Assembly (NCBI RefSeq): GCF_009914755.1
Contig: NC_060932.1
Direction: 5' to 3' (one strand)
Length of the DNA: 64,000 nucleotides
DNA from: the human T2T-CHM13v2.0 reference genome, Homo sapiens
The notes beneath the pieces were generated by a model. It saw only the letters and a list, made by a program, of their open reading frames with translations. It was not told where the DNA came from and did not search any database. The position numbers and the translations under genes were made by a program. Below, piece by piece: positions 55,878 to 64,000 of this stretch. How positions within the stretch are numbered: position 1 is the stretch's first letter; every line of letters begins with the position of its first letter.

Positions 55878-58644
55878 CTAGAATCTTTTAGAGACCACAT
55901 TTTCCCTTCTCACTCAAGATAATATTGGAGAATTCATACTAAAAGGCAGAAAACAGATATATAAGGATAAAATAGACACTTGGATAATTTAGAGTTAAAA
56001 TAATCAGCTCATATAAACAGTGACATTATAAATGAGGTTATGTATTAATATAGTTCAATACTTTCAAAACGTTCTCATAAAAAGTATGTAACATTTTAGC
56101 AGGCTGCAGTTACTTCTATTTTAAAAAAATTTTGTCTAATAAGTAGTATAGCTCTTATGACTTTTAAACTCCCACTCCATTATAATAACACCTTTTTGTC
56201 TACTGAAAAATAATCTATATGACTTAATTTGGCCTTCTCATCCTCCACATCCTGCCCCCATTCTTATGCAAAATGGAATACATACCTGATCTCAAGTGAA
56301 TTACATGGTATATACACTTTCACTTAGAAACATACACTATATGAGACACCAATAAAATGTCAGCTTGCTTTATCACTGCATATGGGAACATATTGTCTTA
56401 TTTCATTTTTGTGTAGCCACATTGTCCAGTTACTCCCATTATACCAAACCAAAACAAAGACTGGGACTGAATCCCAATCTTAAAAAACAACAAGCTTTTA
56501 AGGAAAAATAGTGTTGTTACTGTTTTCTTTTTTTACTCTGCTTTGCAGAAAAAAACCACAGAATTTTTCGTGCAGTATGAAATCTTTCCCAGTTAAAAAT
56601 TTTATAGCATACCATTGTCTGGCAGAATTTGGTTCAGCAATCACATATTTCTTGGTTTACTAATAAAGAGTTGGATTTTTAAACATTAATTAAAGAGTGT
56701 ACATTTTGTTTTCATTTATTTGTATCAAAAGATCATGAATTATAATGCTCTGAGGCCACATTATGTTTGAATTTCAAAGCAAAGAGTGGCTTTTGGCAGG
56801 ATGAAAAAAATGCACACATGACATTTTGTAGAGCATGGTAAATATTATTAGAAATATACTTTATTGGTCCCTATTAGCATGAATTTGGCTTTTTAAAAGA
56901 GCTCCTTTAAAATTAAGGCTTTCTGAAAGACATTCAAATCATTTTTATAAAGATATTTAAAGAACAGGTAAATAATATCTTACCATTTTTAAACGGTAAA
57001 ATTGCAATATTCAAATATGGGTTTCTCAATCCATCTTAAACTTAATACTTTTAACATGCCAATTTTTATGCCATACATAAAAATGTATTGTGTTGTTTGT
57101 TTCCATTAAAAGTTACTGATCCTCAATGTCTCTTTTTTAGCTAAATGTAAGAGTAGAAGAAAACACAAATGAAATAATGTTTGTGGTATCTGGCTGATGG
57201 TTATCTCTACATTTTATTCCATTTTGTTTTACAATTGTATTTTTATAATAGATATCAGTGCAAGGCACACACAAGGGTTCTGTCAAACAAACTTTTTATC
57301 TTACCAAGACAAGGAAGTTTTACTAGGGCAAGACCAAGTTTTACAAGGAATTCTTAAATGTCTGAATTCTCATAAAATCCAGAAATGGTAGTAAGCAAGA
57401 AAGTAAAACCGTGAAATAACTCTTTGCATTCCAATTTTTCTTTAATGTGAGGATATTTTAAAATACCTTTATTATAAGGGGATAAAGATATATAGTTAAT
57501 TATGCCATTATATGTATTAAAGTTCTTTGAAAATTATAATCCACACCTTACAATCCATACACAATCTACTATATACACACATATGCATGTAATACATGTA
57601 ATTTTGCATGCTTGCAAAAATAACTTTTTCTTAATAGGGCTAATGAATAATGTTCTAATAATTTGGAATTCTATATTATAAATTCATAATTACACTAGAA
57701 GCAGCTATAAACTTAGTACAATAACCAATACATTTCGATCTTTTATATTGTGTCTCAGTAATCGTCTACCTTTCTGCTGTCATTCCTTTTGTCTGTTATT
57801 GTTATTGCTAACATTCACAGGTGTATCAGCCCAAAGAATTCGATTGTCTTAGACCACAGAATTCATCTCTTGAAATTTGAAACAGTGATTATCTTCTTAA
57901 GAATCTTACCTTTAAGTTAATATCAAGGACTAGAAAAATGTTTTCCCAGAATTTTGGAGGCTGGTTTATTATTTTATAAATTTGAAAGCGATCACTCCTT
58001 TATTCAGATTAAATCCAGGAGAGATGACAGCTCTTTGAATACACAACTCAAAAGATTCTCTGCATTTATAATATTCTATTTCTACAATTATCGAAACACA
58101 CGGGATGAAGGACCAAACAACATCAACAACAAAATACTGGGAGGGACATATATTCTGAATTGTGATTTTTCAGAAAATTCTTCAATTTTGTACTCAGGAT
58201 GTCAGTTTATGGTAACAATTCTCTACTCCCCTTCTGAGGTGCTAACTGGGAGACAAACAAAGGAGACATCTAAACCCTTTACCTTGTAATAATTAGACTT
58301 TGTTAAAGACGATTCCAATTTCCCTCTTTTGTAGCTTTGTTATTCACTATTACGTTTGAGGAGACCTTTGTCTTTGTCTTTTCCTCTTTCAGAATATCAC
58401 AGGTAGCTGATGTTGCCAGATAAAACTCCAAATAAGGGAGTTTTTGCATTTATTTACATGGGATTTAAATTCCAAGATATTCCAATGGAAAGAGAAGTGG
58501 CAATATGTACAGGGTGTTAGCGCATTAGATCATTACCCATTCCATCCTGAAGTGTAATTGGCTTGCTTTTTTGTCTTTTTAGCTTTGGCTTAAACCTGAG
58601 AGTCTTCCCATCAGTGCTACCAGAAGGAATCATGGTAAACTTAG

Positions 58645-58769
58645 TGGAGTGTGCTGGCGTATGCCTGTAGTCCCCACTACTCAGGAGGTCGAAGAGAAGA
58701 GGGAGGATTGTTTGAGATTACTTAAGCCCAGGATTTCCAGGATGCAGTGAGCCATGAGCGAGACCTGGT
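58645..58769 (+). mobile_element. Degenerate Alu monomer (FAM/FRAM-like)
   Basis: gcctgtagtccccactactcaggagg...gggaggattg...aagcccagga...gcagtgagccatgagcgagacc. Confidence 0.75.
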
Positions 58770-58880
58770 AGAAAAGAAAGGAAAGAAAGGAAAGAAAGAA
58801 AGGAAGAAAGAAAGAAGAAAGAAAGAAAGGAAGAATGAAAGAAAGAAAGAGAGAGAGAGAAAGCAAGCAAGCAAGCAAGC
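58770..58880. repeat. Polypurine (GAAA/GGAA/GA)n plus (GCAA)n tail
   Basis: Seen directly in the sequence. Confidence 0.95.
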
Positions 58881-59579
58881 CTGATACTGCTGCCCACCCT
58901 CAACCGCCTGTTGCTGAGAACCTGTTAGCAACAAGGCCACTGGAATCATTACACAATGATAAGTATCTAGATAATAAGTTAACCAAACCAATGACAGGTT
59001 CAGATTCATTCAATCTGTATTTGAATGAATCCAAATACAAACGAGTTAATATAAATTTTTATGATAAATGAAATTTGTGGAAAGCAAATATCCTAGGGAT
59101 ATGGCTTTTCTTTTTGTAATAACATTTTCATAAATGAAATATACCCAGGAGGACTTGATGATTATGAAAGGTTAAGGGTCTTTTAATTTCAAACTAACTC
59201 TCACTTGGCTTCTAATACATGTTTAAAATTTTGAAAAGAAAAAAATTCTATTGAGATGAGAAACAAAAAATCCAGAGGGGTGACGTTTGGTTAGTCAGGA
59301 AATACTTCAAAGAGTATGGGTCTTAGAAAATACTGACCTTAGGCAGAATCAGAGGGGTGACAGTGCTCTTGGTTGGAAGCTTTGCTAAACAAGGACTCAG
59401 AGGTAAGAATGTTCAGGAAATGTGTTTGGCGTGTGTCCAGGCAACAACTAGATATGTTTTCAGGAGTTAATTAGAGAGGCAGATAATTTTGCAGGAACAG
59501 ACAGGGTTCCAGTGTTAGAATATCTAAACATTTTGTCAGAAATAGGGAGCCACCAAAAGTTACTGAATACAACAATTGT

Positions 59580-59810
59580 CAATTGTTATTTATTGGGTGC
59601 CAAGCACTGTGTGTGTGTGTGTGTGTGTGTGCGTGCGTGTTCGTGTGTGTGTGTATGGGTTTAATTCAATCGACAAAAATAACTCTATGGGGTGGGTGCT
59701 ATTGTCATTCTAGTTTATAGATGAGGAAACTGAGGGACAGATAATTAAATGACCCAAAGTCACATGATCAGTTAGTGGCAAAAGTATGAATGGACTCTAC
59801 GTTTCTCTGA
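59580..59810 (-). mobile_element. MIR containing a (TG)n microsatellite (59608-59655)
   Basis: atttattgggtgccaagcactgtg...tttatagatgaggaaactgagggacaga...cccaaagtcacatgatcagttagtggca. Confidence 0.85.
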
Positions 59811-60158
<348 letters not shown>

Positions 60159-60504
60159 CAGACAAAGGGATTTTTGATTAATAGGAGGGGTAAGATACTT
60201 TTTTAAAAGACTGGTCAAGTCTGTAAGTTCTTCTTGAAGCGCATTAGGCCTGGCTTCTAGCCTGCACCTGAATATCCACCCCCTGGACTATTAGCAAGAG
60301 TCTGCTAGTGAAAACATTTTGTGATCCATCTTTGAACTTACAGGTTTTTAGCCTATCACCATAATAAGCCACTAGCTTTTAACTTCCATGAATTATTTCC
60401 AGTTTTAAAGACTAGAATCTACTGTATGTCACATGGCATATAGCCTTTAAAACATATTGCTAGCATTAATATACTATTCTATCCTGTTTCTATTCTATGA
60501 AGCA

Positions 60505-60792
60505 TTTATTTATTTGAGACACAGTTTGGCTCCTGTTGCCCAGGCTGAGGTGCAATGATCTTGGCTCACTGCGACTTCTGCCTCCCGGATTCAAGTGTTT
60601 CTCCTGCCTCAGCCTCCCAAGTGGCTAGGATTACACATGTGCGCCATGACGCCCAGCTAATTTTGTATTTTTAGTAGAGATGGTGTTTCTCCATGTTGGT
60701 CAGGCTGGTCCCGAACTCCTGACCTCAAGTGATCCACCCGCCTCAGCCTCCCAAAGTGCTAGGATTACAGACGTGAGCCACCACGCCCCGCC
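60505..60792 (-). mobile_element. AluSp-like
   Basis: Diagnostics gtgcaatg and tttctccatgttggtcaggctgg. TSD tat(g/a)aagcattt starting at 60496 and 60793. Confidence 0.92.
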
Positions 60793-63269
60793 TATAAAGC
60801 ATTTTTTAAAAGGTACATCCAACATGCATTACTATCATCAATTTATATTGTTAGAAACCATACTGGCATGGATATTATAATAATTTGACTTAAAGATTTG
60901 CAATTTTATGTTAGTTTTTATGTAATCTACATATAATTTTAAAAGATATGCTATAAATGTAAATGTAATAGGGAGGTAATTAAATATTTAAATAGATGCG
61001 TACATTAGTTTTCATAGAGGGCTATAGCATGGAATTATTTTATTTTACTGTAAAGAAAACACTGATTTATAAAGGAAACTCTAAATTCCATAAAAAATAT
61101 ATTCCACATATCTTTCACAAGGTTCTGTCACAACTCTGAAAAAAATATATTCGATCATTTCATTAACAAAACTTGAACTCCTGCTGGGACATCTCATTCT
61201 GAAGCCCTAGATTTAACAATGGGACTGTGAACTCCAGTGTCCATGGCAACAGTAGCTAATTCTTCTTTCCAATCATGGTGGCAATTTTCTCCCATGGCTT
61301 GAATCAGTTACAAAACAAAATACTCTCAAAGACCTTTCTGAGCCAATAGCCTTGCAGCTAATCTGCTAATAGGAAATAATCTGCAGCTAATACACACATT
61401 CCAGGGCAGCGGTGTGTTTTCTTAATACTTTGTTTCGTGGGCCTCTTTCCAAAGAAAGCACAGTAAAGAATAGAAAACAGGCATTCATTAAAAATAGTAT
61501 TATACTACCTGGCCACTATTAATGCCTGAAACTTGCTGCAACTTGCATGGCTCTTAAAGCGTTTGTTAAAAAGCAAGTCGAGAGGAGGCAATGTAGCAAC
61601 AAAAAGAACGAAAGCAAATTGCTTACGCCAAGAGGGTAGGAGCTAAGAGAAAGAATATTTAAAACAATTGATTTTAGCAAGACTTCAAAGTTGACAAATT
61701 TATTTTTCTTCAGTCATTATTATTTGTAGAATTAGTTATTGGATGCGCTCCAGCAACGAAAGTCTCAACTTACTTGTAAGCCTATTTTTTTCTCTCTTTC
61801 TCTCTCATGGAATAATAGAAATGGTTTAGCCTTGAAATTAGTTTTTCACCTCAAGGGTCACATTTTAACCTCTTGATGAATTATAATGACCTAAATCATT
61901 CTAATTAAAGAGAAAAAACAATATTACCCCAATTCTGATACAGTTCGATGAATCGGCTCCCAAAGCTTAATACTGCTTTTCCTTCAAAGTAAGATTAGGA
62001 TGTTTTTCGCTTGAAAGAAAAGCTATGAATCATCATTAAGAAAGGTGAAATACCTTTTCATCCCACTCGGAGTGGAACTTCCTCCCTGCTCAGAGTTGGC
62101 ATGTTTTGACACAGCAGTGTATCTGATGTGCTCCTGACCCTGAATTTTACCTGGCTCAAAGAGAATGGGATGACTTAAACTTTGATGCTTCAACTCTTCA
62201 TTTGGGAAGAAGTAAAGATTTCCATCATTCCCTCTAGCCATGCAGAGGATGTACCATGGCTACTTTTAAAAAAATAGCAGTGTGACACATTTTGCAAAAA
62301 GGAAGCAAAATAAACAGAAGTAGCGGTAGAACAAAATCTTTAAAGCTAAAGGAATCACAAGGTATCTCTTCATCCTCTTTAAATTCGTTTTATAATTCTG
62401 GTTACTATGACAACATGATGCAACTCTGTATTACCATGACAATCTGACACAACTTTCAAAAAACAGTAAGCACTGTTTCATTCTGTTGTTCAATTGCTCC
62501 CAAGGAAACATGCTGTTATTTACTTCTGTGCTGAAACCTGTACTATAGTCTGATAGATCTTATGTCAGAAAAGGAGAAGCCAAATTATGGCAGAAAGGAG
62601 GAAAAAAATATATATATATATATTTAAATTATATATAAATTTATATCATATATAAATTAGCCACTCACTGCATCAGAATCCTTTTTCCTATTCCTATTCC
62701 TAAAGAATTTGACATTGGAATGTTTTCCATTTGAAGACTGAAAACTACTTATTTACACTAGAGGGTGACTGCACATGAAAATAGGATTAGTTTACCTTTC
62801 TAGGTACTAAATATCTTTTGCTATCATCTGTTAAAAAAAAAATGAAATCAAAGTCTTTACAAGCCCAGTCTTTTGCAGAACTAAAAGGCCATAGGAAAAC
62901 ACATGGAATTAACCAGAGGATCAGGTTACACACAAGTGATAGATTTTAATGAGCTTATCATACTGTTCAAACAAAATTCTACTGTTCAAATGAAATTCTA
63001 CACAATCCAAATTTTTAGTTCAATTGAGCAGGGTGATGCTTGAATTACTAGACATCTTCAAAAAGGGTGTATCTGGAGTCCCTTAGTCTTCTTCCTGGAT
63101 GATCATTTCCAATTGTCACTTTATATTAAAGCGAATGATTTGAGTCCTCGTTCTACCACTAGAACCCCCTCAATTCCCCCTCTGCTTCTCATGGCTCAAA
63201 AAATAAACGTGTAGCTACACTTAGTTGAGCAACTAACTACAACATGTCAAATCCTGTGCTGTTTCTAAA

Positions 63270-63448
63270 AATCCATTACATCCAATCCTTAAAATAATTA
63301 TGCAATAATAGGTGTTATTTATCCCAGGTTGAAAACAAAATTATAATTTACAAAGCCTAAGAAACTATCAATAGAACCCGGTACTAATTGGCAGAAACAC
63401 AATTTGAACCCATCTCTTTGGTCTCCAAAGTCTAAGCTCTTTTCAACC
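63270..63448 (-). mobile_element. Degenerate MIR
   Basis: taggtgttatttatccca...ctaattggcagaaacacaatttgaacccatctctttggtctccaaagtctaagctcttttcaacca. Confidence 0.6.
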
Positions 63449-64000
63449 AATGGGTTGTCTTTCAAAATAAAGACCATTGTGTTATGGAAATAAGCAATGT
63501 ACTCTTTAACTGTAACAATCAATTGTTAAATACAGAAAAGAAGAGCCTACATCTGGATAAGGTTTCCTTTGCAAACAGGTAACTGTTTAACTATATCAAT
63601 ATAAAAAGACAGAAAAATAAATCATTCTAGGCAGAAAGAAGGCATATGTGATGAATATCCTATAACGAGTTTGTCTATTTAAAAAAGATGCAAGTACTTT
63701 GTTTTTTCATTCTGAAACATAAAGGCTATCATTTATTATAAAGTGCCAGGGGAGAAAAAAATTAGTAAATTAAACTAATTTACTGGTTATTTCAATTCTT
63801 ATGAAAAATGTAAGGTAGTGTGAATTTCTAAATGTTATGAAGAAAGGATAATGCCAATTTCACAACCACAACAACAAAAAACTCACTGAATTCTGACTTT
63901 TTCAAAATAACTAGTAGTCTATACCGTGAAGTCCTGATTAATATTTATTACAACAGTTAGCAGTTTTCTACATTTGTATCTCCATTTTAGAAAAAGTTTT

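Noticed and set aside
57954-58289. 111-aa ORF
   Set aside because: TTG start, composition simply mirrors AT-rich DNA, and no family similarity recognised.
62023-62241. 72-aa ATG-initiated minus-strand ORF (MARGNDGNLYFF...)
   Set aside because: Its length is within chance expectation for 64 kb, with no recognisable homology or promoter context.

Overview
This is primate (human-like) AT-rich non-coding genomic DNA, probably part of a large intron or a gene desert. I found no supportable protein-coding exon, RNA gene, CRISPR array or prokaryote-type system, and I cannot name a host gene. The listed ORFs are Alu, LTR, Tigger or microsatellite read-throughs, or chance frames. The window is dominated by interspersed repeats: about 13 Alu-family copies (including an AluY nested in an older AluS), a complete THE1D-like MaLR provirus (38637-40989), a near full-length Tigger1 DNA transposon with a dead transposase (53137-55537), MLT1 LTRs, L1M fragments, and many MIR, L2 and MER5 relics, plus microsatellites and a perfect 70-bp x3 tandem array. 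The most unusual signal is a repair scar in the Alu at about 37.1 kb, where 23 bp identical to the THE1 internal region 3.1 kb away sit alongside a local duplication and a fold-back. Also notable are a 34-bp dispersed duplication, intact DUX4 motifs in both THE1 LTRs, a PBX-HOX/MEIS/SOX/TCF motif cluster at about 20 kb, perfect hairpins and weak candidate cassette exons. Repeat subfamily calls were made by eye from recalled consensus sequences, and boundaries of old repeats are approximate.
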